Under the pieces are notes generated by a model. The model saw nothing but the letters and a program-made list of their open reading frames with translations. It searched no databases and was not told the origin of the DNA. Position numbers and translations under genes: made by a program. This document shows positions 1 through 14,892 of a stretch of DNA of 64,000 bases, piece by piece. The DNA is taken from positions 19,406,001 to 19,470,000 of the forward strand of contig CM022669.1 of the NCBI GenBank assembly GCA_012295275.1. The letters are read 5' to 3'. The stretch's first letter is position 1. The number at the start of each line of letters is the position of its first letter. The DNA comes from Chrysomallon squamiferum (Eukaryota; Animalia; Mollusca).

Positions 1-110
1 TTCGGAAGACTTCGTTATCAAATGATGACAGAGATAAATGTCGTCGAATTTATTATCGATCTATTTTGTAATATTTAAAAAAAAAAAAATTAAATTAAAT
101 TAAATTTTAG

Positions 111-156
<46 letters not shown>

Positions 157-650
157 GAAATTAAAAAAAAAAAATTAGAAATTGCATTGTCGATAAGCTA
201 TTCTGACAAGTAAGTTGTATATAAAGTGCCCACACATTATTTCATTCTAATCCTTAAGTAAACAACCAGCTTGCAGAATAAATATTTCTTCACGTTAGGA
301 AACACTCCTTACGGCGTAACAGACACTAAACTATTTGTTTTCACCTTTTGGTCATTTCAAGGAATTAAAATGAACTCTTGGGAGTTTGGGTACGGTAGTA
401 CCTGTACATTTTTTGTAATTTTTTTTTTTTTTTTTTTTACTAACAAATATAATTATATTTTGAATATAAGCTGGAATGTAAAACTGTCATTAAAAAAAAT
501 TTAATCTCTGCTCTAATAATTGCGTTTGTTTGATTGATTGTATACATGGAAAAACGAGTAAATTAGCTTCCCACGCATACACAGGTTGAGGCAGTTATTA
601 CTTACAACCCCCACACGTAACAGTAATGATATATCGTAATCATATAATAG

Positions 651-683
<33 letters not shown>

Positions 684-749
684 TAATCATTCACACATAT
701 TCATGATTGTGTTTCTAGAGTTTAACAGAGAACCCAAATACGTGCATAG

Positions 750-817
<68 letters not shown>

Positions 818-1905
818 TCTTTCTGTCCTTCACATATATAGACTGTTATATTACATACATGCATAAATACATACGTACACACATTCACACCAACACACTA
901 TTTATTTATACATACATATATACATGCATACATACATACGTACATACATACGTACAGACATACAGATCAGCATAAACAGCCTGCACACACACACACATAA
1001 ATATGCACGTACATGGAGGTTTTTTCCCCTGCGACATTGTCAGAAGTGGCTTTTTTTGTTATTTATTTTTAATTCTTGAAATAGTTTATGGAAAACTGAA
1101 CGACTATTAACATTTTAGATAAGCCATTAACACCATTTGTTGTTTTGCACCTACATGTAAAATCCGAAGCGTGCTTTATAAAATGTATCTGTGTAAACAA
1201 CTCGCCGTCTTTCCATTATCAGCCGAACAACAGCGCGAAACGAAATAATAATTATTTGACATAATAATGCACGGCTAACAAAAGCAGACGACAAGAAGGT
1301 TCTTGTTAAATAAACCGGTTTTAGCGACCTACATTCCTACTGGTGACGAAAAAAAAAAAAAAAAAAAAATTAAAAAAAAAAAAAAGAAGAAATAAATCCA
1401 GCAGATCGATACTTTAATTTAAATATTGGGGGAAAAAAATAGTTGTAAATACGCCAGGCAGACATATTGAATTCAAAATGGCGGACGTTATGTTTTTAAT
1501 TTTTTTATTTATTATTATTCATTTATTTTATTTTATTTTATTATTTATTTATTTATTATTATTATTAATAGTAGTAGTAGTAATAGTAATAGCAGCAGTA
1601 TTTTATTTATCAATTTTTTTTTTTTTTATTTCATTTAATTTGTATTGAATGGCGTTCTGAATTCCTGTCTGTTCTTGCAGTAATACGTATTCTTTCATAA
1701 GGTCATCTAATCAACAGTTTTATTATTAGATATAAAACATACCTGCTATTTAAATGCAACTGAAGTATTTCAAATTTGATTCTATGTTGAAAAAATTAAA
1801 CAGTTCCAAAGGACTGATTTCTAAAAATATATTATTTAATGTTAGTAGCCTATTCTTTTTTTCTTTTTTTTTAAAATGTATAATTTATTTATTTGTTTGT
1901 TTATC

Positions 1906-1937
<32 letters not shown>

Positions 1938-2139
1938 CTAAAGGGAATTTCAAAAGGTTATGGAAATTGTTAATCTACATATATTTCCTTTGTTTGATTT
2001 CGTTATTCTGTTATATCTTTCTAGAGAAAGAAACGGTTAAATAACATCCACGGATGTTAAATAAAACACGGATAAATAAACATTAACACCCTCTCAAAGG
2101 CGCAAGCACACACAGTAACACACACACGCACACACACAC

Positions 2140-2181
<42 letters not shown>

Positions 2182-3432
2182 ATTTCAATAGCCAAATATT
2201 CATAGCCTATATTATTTACAGATAAGCAAACACGTCAACAATCATGTGCATATATATCTACAGCCACAGACGGATAGAAAAGGCTAATATATCATAATAT
2301 ATTGTACAGCCTGTCATGGACAGAATTATCCACTGAAGTTATAGGATTTGCCCATATCAGGCGTGCTTGAATAGTTCTCATATGAAGTCAGCTATAAATT
2401 ATCCGTACCCACAAATTATAATAGACTACGTCATAAGAACTAAGTTTTAGTATATACTACTGTATGTTATAAGGTTTTATAACTGTTACAAATATGTAAT
2501 TATAATTTGCTTAAAAGTAAGTGATAAAAATATTAGATTTTTAAACACTGAAAAAAGAAGGGAAAAAAAAGAATATACAATCAGTGAAAAACTGTCTATA
2601 CAAATGTTATAAATCAGATATCTTATGCTAATTTATAAATGAATTGTTTCGGAATTTTGACCAGTTAGTGTGATTATTAACGAAATCTAAAGCTACTGTT
2701 GAAAACTGTACATCCAATAAAACAGCAATGCTTTATAAAATGTCCTGTTACACCCACACACACAAACACACACACACGCACACGCACACACGCAGATACA
2801 TACAACATACACATTAAATATCTTAGCTGTCTGTTATTTTGTTATTGCTGTCTAATTTTACCTTAGCTGAGCGACTTTATTATTAGCAAAGGTTCATGTT
2901 AAGTTCCGAATACAACAATCACATGCATGTATACGTATTTTATATATATATATATATATTTACGCTAGTTTCTTCATATGAGCACACACAGACTTTATAT
3001 GTGTTAAAAATCTTAAAACGAGGTACACTGCTTACGGTGAGGTACAGTTATGTAATAAAAACATTAATAATATTGAATATGTATATAAAAAAAATACGTT
3101 TATATTATAGTGCGGTATTGAGGTACTGCAGTTAAAATTAGTATTTAATCATTTCTTATATATTTGAGAAATTTCTATTTTCAAAACTGAGATAATTGCC
3201 TTATTTCCTTTTCTGATCGGTTCCTTGGACTCGAGGAAAACAGTTCCTGTGGTTTCTATTTGTAACCAAGGAAATGATTTATATTACAGACAGTAAGGAG
3301 TACCACAGATTAAGAAACAGGTTTTTATAATGAGAGTAACTAAAAATGGAAACAGTAAGAGTGCACCAGCATCGAGGAAGAAGAAATACATATAAATGTC
3401 GTTAATGAATTAGATAAAGATAGATTTTTATA

Positions 3433-3464
<32 letters not shown>

Positions 3465-3504
3465 TAATAATAATAATAATAACAATTATTATTATTATTA
3501 TTAC

Positions 3505-3540
<36 letters not shown>

Positions 3541-5046
3541 CTGCTGGTATTATTGATAAAACTGTTTAAGAGACAAAATCTATTACGATTCCATACAAGT
3601 TTATATGACTGAGTTTTTTTTGCTATTTTTGGTGTTTCTTACAATCACACAAATATCGGTATATATAATACAGATTTTCACAAAGCTTTGAGACTGCATG
3701 GTTACGTATTGACAAACCCTTCATCCGAATTATTCACTGAAAATATGGCACTGGATCCGACACAGCAGATCCTATTAAAACTAAAATTTATAGCACGAAT
3801 ATTGATGACAAAATTTTGATTATGCACACACAACACTTCAGAACGAACACGTACATTTAAAAAAAAAAAAAAAAAAAACAAAAAAAAAAAATACGGCCTA
3901 ACAGATGAAGTGGTGATAAAAATGATGATTGCAAAATGATATTTACATCCGGTCTGTAATCAGTTATACAGTAGAGTACCAGTCTTCGGAAGTACTTCAA
4001 CGTAATTTCCGGTCCGATCACAGTTTTGGGTCCCTTTTTTTCTTCATCTTTTACTGAGATGAATACCAGTCTTTCAAAATGTTTCAACGAATAAACGTAA
4101 TTTCCGTTACTCTGTAATATTAGGCTGAAGCGATGACACATGAACGTATTGTTGAAATTATATTGTACTTCATGAAAAGGTACAGATGTATTACGAATTT
4201 AAACCAGATAACGTGATACGAATATTTCAATAGATCATATCCACACAAAAATATATTTTCTAAACTTAGTCTTCTGTTCATCGTTTTAAACATTTCTGGT
4301 GTTGTCTCTGTAGAAAGTACTTGTCTAAAGACTTTCACAAAATATCCTTTATACATTTATGTTAGTAGAGGTAAATGTTAGGTTTTTGTTATTATTATAT
4401 TAGCTTGTTGAGATACATCCATATATTGTGAGTAATTCTGTTAGGCGGTTGTATATATAATGAATCTTAGTTGATCTTTTTTTCTTCTAATTTCTCTTCT
4501 TTGTTTTTATTATGAAAACATCCACACAGTAAGAAAAACACCATCTCTACGAACATGTCACCCGCAAACGGAATAATCATATTCAGAACTATCCACATTT
4601 TCGGCCATTTCAGGAGAGCAGCACAACACGACATCCATACCTCTGATTAGCTTACACAAACTTCTTCCAGATAAAAAGTCAGCATTGTTTCCAGTGATGT
4701 TTAAGATACCTAAAATTTCTTTTCTTTTCTTTTTCTTGGTGAGAGCCATGATTAAAAACAACAATGTTATATTCTGTGTTATGATTTTAAGATAACCACA
4801 ATTCCTCTTTTGTTCTGATGTGGAGCATCGATAAAAACAACAACAACAACAACAACTATAGCAACGCTGGATTTGAGGTCTTCGTGATTATTTTTATATC
4901 TCTTCCACAAGATGGTCAAAACACAGCTAAAAAAACAACAAAATGGTTATGCATAAAACACCTTCATATCTTTCCTTTGATTTGTCCCACAACAAAAAAT
5001 ATAACAGATAGTTAAAAATAACAGCACTCTTGTGAACGCACGCCAG

Positions 5047-5411
5047 TCACAATTCTTCTCTTTTGTGCCTTGAACTTTTCTCTTTCTTCACTTTGGGAAG
5101 TTTCAGTTCGCAGATGAAAGGTAGTTTCGTCTCGCAGCTGTCGGCCAGCCATTTCCCGTATGTCGTGCGTTCTCGGCTTATCCGAAGACAGGCCACGCCC
5201 GTCATGCTGAGGGCGCTCTCCATGGATATCAAGTCTGGTGGGTGACCGTCTACCCAGTTTTCGTTAGATGACGTCACCAGTTCTCCGTACGAGTCCCAGT
5301 GCCACACCTGTATTTTACACCTGTATTTAGTGCCTGGGTCCCATTTAATTGGGTAGTGTCCTTTTAAACAGCCATAGTTTCCTGCCGTGTACAAATCGCT
5401 GCTTCCAGGAG
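5047..5411 (-). CDS. C-type lectin exon 3 (PPGSSDLYTAG...KWLADSCETKLPFICE...RHKREEL*)
   Basis: Acceptor TTGTTATTACAG; C-terminal half of CTLD within ORF 5047..5490; TGA at 5049-5047. Confidence 0.93.
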
Positions 5412-5506
5412 CTGTAATAACAACAGCAACGACAACGTCAACAACGACATTAAAGGCAACAACAATAATAAAAGTTTCATGAACAATCAAGATAAGTTTT
5501 GAAAAA

Positions 5507-5555
<49 letters not shown>

Positions 5556-8283
5556 AGAACAAAAAAGAATCGATATTACTAAACTGTTCACTTTTTATTT
5601 ATTTTTTACTGTTGTTCTGTCTACAACTTTTAATATACTCACTAATTCAAAACGATTTAAAATATTCTAGACTTATTTAAAAGTTTAATACACTCACTGC
5701 TGCATTTTAAAACGTTTAAAATATTTACGATTGTTATTTAAAAAGTTCAAAATACTCACGAATATTATTTTATAAGTTTAAAATACTCACAGACGTTTTT
5801 TTTGTGATTTTCTTTTTTTTAAATTTAAAAGATTTACGACTATTATTTTAAAAGTTCAGAATACTTACGGCTGCTATTTAAAAGTTTAAAATACTCACGA
5901 AAGTTTTTATTATTATTATTATTTTTTTTTTAAAGTTAAAATATTTACAACTATTATTTTGAAAGCTGAAAATACTTACGGCTGCAATTTTAAAGGTTCC
6001 AAATGCTCAGACTGTTATTTAAAAAGTTTAAAGTACTCACGACTGTTATTCTGTAAAAACTTCACGATGAAGTCATGCTTTCTGGTGGAGTTGTCAATGA
6101 GCAGACGAGAGCTGTGTTTCAGACAGTGAAGTCGCGCGTTCTCCCAGTTTAGTCGAGGTTCGAATACAAACCACAGACATCTTCGATAAAACGCAACAAA
6201 TCCAGCTGGACAGGCAACAGCCTCACGGTTGTCTGAAGTGAAAGAAAGAATGAATGAATGAATTAATTAATGAATCTTTTCATGATATAAAAAAATAATA
6301 CATACATGCATACATACATAAACGAATGAATGAGTGAATGAATGAATCAATGAATAATTTGGGGATTATGTTTGAACAAACCAAGAAAGAAGAAATACAG
6401 ACGATGGTGAAAATGAAGGAAAAGAAAGAAGAGAAGAAGATTATGATGATGTTGATGATGATGATGATGAAAACGGAGGAAGAGAAATAAAAGAAAGACG
6501 ACAATGAAAAGAAAACATCATCATCATCATCATCGGCTCCCATCAGCTTAACGTATTTCTTGTTACTTAAAAAGGGCCCAATTTATTTATCTTTTATTAT
6601 TCATTAGAACGTACGAATAATTCCAAGCGCCAAAAAGAGACATATGCAAGCTCAAATTAACTGATGTCGCACCTATTTAGTATTTTATTTAACTCACTAA
6701 ACATTTATCAACTTAACACTATTTCAATTTTTCTTTCATCATCAGTAATGCTATTGTTATCATTATCGTAACATTATAATTATCATTATTATCTTCATAA
6801 TGATCTGTTTTTATTTCTGTTACTACTACTACTTCTTTTCTTCTTTTTCTTTTCTTTTCTTCTTTTCTTCTTATTATTATTATTATATGTTTATTATTAT
6901 GTTTATTATTATTATTTCTACTATGAAACACATAGCCTAAATGCTTATAATGATGGTAAGTAAAAAACACATGTGGACGAATGGTTGCTAAATCGAAATT
7001 TCCAGACAAAATTATCCAAATATATTACTAAAAAAAAAAAAAAAATCAACAAAAAAAAAAAAAAAAAAAAAAAAATCTCTTAAACTTAGTATTGCTTTGC
7101 CTTTTATATTTGTAATTTAATATTAACGTACTTATAATGTAAAGCGCATTTTAAAATTATGTTGCAGTTGGATATATTTATAAAATATTGGAATATTCTC
7201 ATTTAAAGCAATATGGATTGCAATCCAAATTTATATAAAGCAACGACGCAATACAAAAGGAAGAAACGGAAATGATGTTGTCTGTTGTATAAGACATTTG
7301 GTTGGGAATAATTAGCTTGATGATAGTAACGGCCATTTGAATTTCAGACGACGAGGTGAAAAACCTGTCTGACTCAAACAACTGCAGGTGAAATTCTAAA
7401 CCATTATTCCACAGAGTTAAAGATTAACAAATTATTACTAAGGACACAACAGTGACTGCTGAATATTCAAGACGTCGACAGTTTATTGCTTCGGGAATCG
7501 AACTTTTGAAAATTTTGTACGCATGCAATGGCTTGCGTAAATCGTTATGGAAAGATATCCAGAATAAGCCTCAGTCAAACAGTGCGTCCACTCAGGAAGG
7601 CAACAGAAACTTCACTGTGACCGGACGCAGCTTGTGGAAGCGAAGAAGGAGGACAGAGGAATAACTGACTTCCTAGGCTGTCAGTTTAGCATCCAGAAGA
7701 AAATCATCGATAGGAAAGCAAGATAATCAATCTGCAAAGCAGTCTGTCTTAAACTCATACAGACAGACAGACAGACAGAGAGAGAGTCTGACTGAGTGAC
7801 AGACACAGACATATATAACTACACACACACACATATACATACATACATACATACATACACACAAATATAGATATATATACCTATACACACACACACACAC
7901 ACACACACAGGGATATATAGGTATATATGAATGTATATATATGTATGTACACATACTTACATACAGACACTCTCACTCAGACACACAGCTGTAACAACAA
8001 CAACAACAACGTCACATGCACACATACATGCATGGGACAGACGATCGATATCAGCGACATGCTGTCCTATAGAAATGACACCCACACTTCTCATACCACA
8101 CATGACGCCGTTATCTCCCAGCAATACGCTGATTAAGCGGTATTACTTTCTTTATTACTGAGAAAGAATTTTATTCAGCCAATGAGTCGATTCAAGTAAA
8201 ACAGATCAAGGATAGACACAACGTGATACGTGCCAACACGTACTGTGTACTGAATAAAATCTGATTTAGAGTTATGTGCACGA

Positions 8284-8314
<31 letters not shown>

Positions 8315-8318
8315 GTAC

Positions 8319-8365
<47 letters not shown>

Positions 8366-9053
8366 TAAGTATGTGCGTCTGTATATATGTATGTATGCTA
8401 ATTTGTGTTTATGTATGAAATGTATATAATTTAAAAAATTGTGATCGATATATGTGGAAAAAGTCACATACGAAATAATGGAAAAGTAAAGTTCAATTTA
8501 AAATTTTAAAAAAAACTAAACTAGTAAAACACTTTAAATTTGGGTAATTTAATTAACCTTTGCAGTATCTGTCTTTCTGTCTGTCTGTCTGTCTGTCTCT
8601 CTGTCTGTATGTGTATATGTGTATAGATAGATAGATAGATGGATATAGATAGATATATTTCTCCCTCTAAGAAGCACACACACACAGTGCTCCTTCAGGC
8701 ACACAAGGCCTATTATTGAAGACTACGATTATCAAACATTCTGGGTTCTAGCCAAATTTCTACAAAAACTTATGATAGCTGTCTGTATGATACATGGACA
8801 CAGCATTCCTGCTTCATACAGAAAAATCTCAGAAACAAAGATATTGTCGTAGCACAGGGGACCTAAGACAACTTGAAGTCGACACAGAGATGAACTATTG
8901 GATAATGCCAATGGTTCTTTAAGTACAACATTTTATGAGTAATCGGGAACAATTTTGCACATGGGAAAAGACGGGAAAAATGTTTTGAGATACTATTTTA
9001 TTTTAATATACCCGTGTGTATGGGTGTGTGCGTATCTCTGCGTACGTGTGTCT

Positions 9054-9089
<36 letters not shown>

Positions 9090-9933
9090 ATAAACACAGA
9101 GAGTAAGTGAGTGCTGATCTCAGAGGCGTTGAGAGATCTGTTTTATTTTTATTATTATTATTTTTATTTACTTATATATTTATTTATTTATTGTTTGTTT
9201 GTTTACTATGTATGGGAAGGTCTTACATGAAAGTTCCTTTACTACTAAAAACAAGTGTTGATCCGCGCTTGAACGGGAACCTCAGCAAAACATGAACAGG
9301 CAGAGCCTCTAAATTACTATCCAATAAAATTTCAATTAAGAGTTGTGTGCAAGAATTACAACGATTTCAAGATGATTAAGCACCAGAAAGATTATAAAGA
9401 CACAAAACTACCTTCCATTTAAACCTACCCTTTGATTATTAATATTATCATTATTATTATTATTATTATTATTATTTTATTTTTTTTTTTTACCTGGCCA
9501 ACTGTCAAAGGTCTCAGAGGTATGTTCATAATAATTACATATGAATGAGTCAGATAACTTATGTAAATTTCTCTCCTTTCTTATTTACGACTGTAGAATG
9601 AGCAAGAACTTACATGGTGTGAGAGAAAGAGAGAGACAGACAGTTCATGATCTATGGCGCTCTTTTTTTCGAGTGGTCAATAAACCTATGCCTGTGAAAT
9701 GATTACCTTAATTCATCAGTATATTTATGCGTCTGTCAAGGTTTGTATAAGAGAGTTGGTGATTTGACCTCAGTTGTATGTATGTGCGTCGCGTTATTAT
9801 GGAATAGTTTGTCATAGGTGTCATTTAAGGTTAACGCCGGTAGTTTGCAATCTTATGAAGGAATGGACGCAAATACATCGTGTTTTTGTTTGTTTGTTGT
9901 TTTTCGTTGTTTCTGGGTTTTTTTTTAGTGAAG

Positions 9934-9984
<51 letters not shown>

Positions 9985-10296
9985 TCCAGTCCGTCGGTTT
10001 CAAATAAAAATATTCTTTTTAAAAATTAAATTACTTTTTATTATTATTATTTAATTATTATATTTATTATAATCTAAATGAATTTTGATTTATTTCAGAT
10101 AAATTCCAGTTCGGTGCAATGCTCTTTTCTAGGCATATTAACGAATGAAAAAAAAAAAGCTTCATTTTGATTATTTCTTAGTAACTTTATTTCTTTTTTT
10201 TTTTTTTTTTTTTTTTTTCATTATTGCTTTTATTTCTTTTTTTTTTTTTTTTTTTTATTTACTTACTGGTTTATTAAATTATTTTTCTTTATTTTC

Positions 10297-10348
<52 letters not shown>

Positions 10349-10655
10349 TTAAATTATATCCCAATTTACCTGTTTCCACTGACTGCTGTTTGTCGGAGTC
10401 CGCGGTATGTTTTATTTTGAGCCACACATAATATCTTTCTTGACTGATCGATAACGACAGACAATAGCGTTTTGGCAGTGGGTCTTCTCCTACTGCTTTG
10501 TTAACAAATACACTTTGTAATGGTTAAATGTGTTGACGTGTCATTCACTAATTCTTCTGTCTATCAGCATGGGAAATCTATTCTTCCTACAACCCGTGTG
10601 AAAAACACCCTCGGTAAGAAACACCCGAACCTTAGTACTTTTAATTCTGATTTAA

Positions 10656-10686
<31 letters not shown>

Positions 10687-12009
10687 AAATATGAAAATGG
10701 TGATCAGAAGTAGGTCAAAGTTTTTGATGCACGTGCTAGTGAATACTTTTAAAAATGATTTCATTTGATTTTTTTATTTAGATTAATTTTCTTTTTCTTT
10801 ATTTAATTCTTTCTTTTGTTAATTATATATTTATTTTTTATATTTTTGTTCTTGTTGTTGTTATCGTTATCATTATTTATTTATTTATTTATTTACTTCG
10901 TTATATATTTATTATTATTATTAATATTATTATTATTATTAATATTATTATTATTATTATTATTATGATGATTATTATTATTATTATTATTATTTGTTTA
11001 TATGTTTGTTTGTTTTTGAATCTGACACCTTATTTTTTGTTATTTAAAGGTAAATTTCATTTACGTCGCGGCTTCGCTAGATTGATATTCGATCTAACGA
11101 TTTTTCAACAAGCTGGCTGTGCATGACAGGTCACGTGACTATTCACAGCAATAAATCATGTTAATCTATTATTTTTTATTTGTTGTTATGGGCGGATTCA
11201 AAAGAAGGTTGTTGTTGGCATATGGATATCTCACAGTATAAGAAAAAAAAAACAACTAATCTTTACTTTTTTTTTTTATTTATTTATTTATTTATTTATT
11301 ACTATTTTTTTTAAATTCCAGTTGTTACAAATGGCAGACGACAACCACCGCCACGAATACCTCCCCCCCCCACCCAAGTTGTAGCATTTTTATAGACGTC
11401 AGCGTTTTGTGTTTTTGTAAAATAAAAAGAAATAAAAATCTTTATAACATAGACTGCTATAACAATACACACTTCATGTTAAGGTTTTACAAATGACACA
11501 TTTAACAAGTTATAGATTTGCCAGTAATTATTTTTGTTAGATGATAAATATACAGTAACAGCATGACTTCAAATAGAATCACCAAGCATTGAAAAAAAAG
11601 GGGGATTCAGTGTTAGCTCGTTAAGAAAATGAATGCAGCACAAATCCAGCGTAATTATGTAAATTTGTGTTCCCCATTTTATTTATTAAATTCTGATTAT
11701 ATTAGTTACATAAATATTTAGCATCTTTCTTTAAAAGTTTCATCGATATCTGCATTTTAATTTCTTTACTTAATCATAGAGCATAATATTATACAGTACA
11801 GCAACTTCTCATATTACTACTACTACTACAACTGTAGTACTATTATCGCCATTGCTACACCATCATCACAATCACCATTACTGCTGCTACGACTACTATT
11901 ACTACTGTTACTACAACTACTACTGCTGCTACTACTGCTGTAAGCTAATGAGCGAAAAGCTAATAAACAATACTAGACTACTACTACTATAATTACTATC
12001 ATTATTATT

Positions 12010-12040
<31 letters not shown>

Positions 12041-13417
12041 ATGTTGTTGTTGATGTTGCTGTTGTTGTTGCTGCTAAAACAGCTGCTGTTAATACTTAGA
12101 CCATCACCACAAATACACTGGTTACTGCTTTATTAACAATAATGTTGTTATCATTAACACAATTAATATTTTGTTGTCGTTTCTTTTGACCGTTGTCGTT
12201 GCTGTTGTTATAAATTTTACTCATGTTGTATACCGTTTTACCTGGGTGGGGGAACAAAAATCTCATAAATGCCAAACATTTTTTTTATGGAGATTAACCT
12301 TCATATAAATATGGAAATCAGACAAAACTGAATTTAATTTTATTTTATTTTTATTTATTTATTTTATTTTATTTCTTTTTGAAATTTTAAATTATAAAGT
12401 AAGAAAATGATGACGTTTTAATCGATAGTTTCATAAATTTAGCATTTGCAAAAACAAGGGAGGGACAGAGAATGGGAGAGGTGGATAGAGAGACCATTGC
12501 TATAAACAGAAATATCTTTAGCCTTGTCTAGAATGTCAATTGCTGTTTAAAATAATCTAAGACAAAGCACCGTGAAAAGCACACACACAAACTGTAATTT
12601 CGAACAACAACAAAAATGTGTACTGATCATCATAAAGCAGGATAAATTGCCTTAGTATGTAATGAAAATATTTTCTAACAGAGCATGGCTAAGTTTGGTA
12701 TACACCTTTTAAATTACACTCTGTTTATTCATTTGTTTATAGCAGTAAATTAGCATTACAAAACGCCTTTATAAACTACACTCATGCATTAACTACGTAT
12801 ATGACATTAACAAATTAATGTATCAGTTTCCGACTTGAACACGACACCAGGTGTTTTTACGATTAATAACAGGTACATAAATAACGGTATGTGACTGTCT
12901 ATAAACAGTATATAACGGTAGGTAACAGTCTATAGGATAACAACGAATATTTTTTACAATGTCATTCAGATACCGTAACGTAATACAGAGAAATATGAAG
13001 TTTTCACGGTTTGTGAATTAACAGAGGCTTTCTGTTGATTCGGCATAGTGTTTTGGATTACTATACCGTGGTCTGTTTAGTAATTTTTTATTATTATTAT
13101 TATTATTATTTTTTATTTTTTTTGTGGTGAGGGTTATTATTAATTTTTTAATCTTCTTACATCTGTTTTTCTTTGTGCACTCAAGAAAACAATTTCAAGT
13201 ACAGTTAATTTTCAGACCTATTTAGTTTCAAAGGATTAAATTTGTTTTGTAATTTTCGATTACACCTACGTTACTTGTCAACTGAAAATTAGATATTTAA
13301 TTTAATTTCTTATATTATTATTATTAGCCTCATTATTGTTGTTGTTGATGCTGCTACTGTTGTTGTTATTGTTGTTATTTATTTATTTCATTTTTTATTA
13401 TTATTAGTCTTCTTCTA

Positions 13418-13468
<51 letters not shown>

Positions 13469-14070
13469 GGTTGTTGTTGTTGTAGTTATTGTTTCGTAGA
13501 ACCTGTTTGTTCCAGCACGAGCATGAACAGTCTTGAATAAAATACTCTTTAGTTCCAAAAATATTTTACGCTGTTTTGACTTGCTCAAAATCTTTATACT
13601 TGTAAAAAAAAGAGAGAAAAAAAAAACAAGAAGAAATTTTTATTGTTCATTAAAATTAGTCGAGTATATCACTATTTTAAAGTACAATCAAAATTTGATT
13701 TTTATTTTCTGAAAGATAAGATTTAAGCCCATATAACGTCGCCGTCGTGGTTGTTATTGTCGTTGATGTGATTACTGTTATTAGATACACAAAAATAAAG
13801 ACTGATAGACTAGACGTCCTGATTATTACAAATTCTTTAACTAGCTTGAAAATGTCAACAGTAATAAATGGTTGATTTTTTTTATTGATTTATATATTTA
13901 TTTATTTATTTTATATATATTATTTTTATTATTAAGAAATTATAATTAAAATAGAAATTTGAGATGAATCTCGTCTGAGCAATAAGACTGAAACACTGTC
14001 ATAATTCGAGGCCAATTCTCTTCAGTAATCTTTCTTTCTTTCTTTCTTCATTTGTTTGTTTGTTTTTGAT

Positions 14071-14119
<49 letters not shown>

Positions 14120-14761
14120 TTTATTTAGGTCGGTTTTCTTTGGACAAATAATAACCACATAAATTATGTTAAAATAGATAAATAAAAAATTAAAACAGTT
14201 AAATTGTATATAACTATAGAGATAATAAATAAACGTCAAATAGATAAATTAAATATGAAGTATTTAAGTTCAAAGCAATAAATATTTAGATGTAATTGAA
14301 ATAAAAAGTAAATAAAATATATTTATAAATAGCCAGATGAATAAATATTAATTTAAATAAATATAAACGAATAAAAATTTAAAATTATAAAATAACTTAC
14401 ACTCAGTAATTCATAAATTTCTGTTTCATAATAATTAAAATGTATAAATGTGAACAAATAAATAAATAAATAAACAGTCGACCAATGAAAAAAAAAAAAA
14501 AAAATAAATAAATTCTTGAATTTATCATTGATACGTTGTGTTCAAAGTACAATCCTGATGACTTTAGAACAAGACATTAAATTTCTAATTATAGTTTGTC
14601 ATAAACTATATTTTATAAAGTGGATATTTAATAATAATAATAATAATAATAATAGTGGTGATGCTAATAGTTGTTGTTGTACTGAAACAACATCAATAAT
14701 AACAGGTAAAAAGTTATAATAATGAAGTAAATTATTATTATGTAGAAATAGTAATAGCAGC

Positions 14762-14814
<53 letters not shown>

Positions 14815-14859
14815 CATTAGTTAGTAGTAGCAGAAGTTAGTAATGGTGGTAGTAGTAGT

Positions 14860-14892
<33 letters not shown>

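Noticed and set aside
271-504. Complex-sequence ORF near the window start as a possible exon
   Set aside because: No recognisable domain or convincing splice pair; the minus-strand frame I checked closes quickly.
3857-5015. Short ORFs and small local duplications (TACCAGTCTT...AACGTAATTTCCG twice) downstream of the lectin stop
   Set aside because: Most simply 3' UTR or flank with minor slippage duplications; no coding signal.
7199-7750. Unique-sequence block with 60-70 aa ORFs in lectin intron 1
   Set aside because: No recognisable protein motif and no phase-compatible splice sites found.
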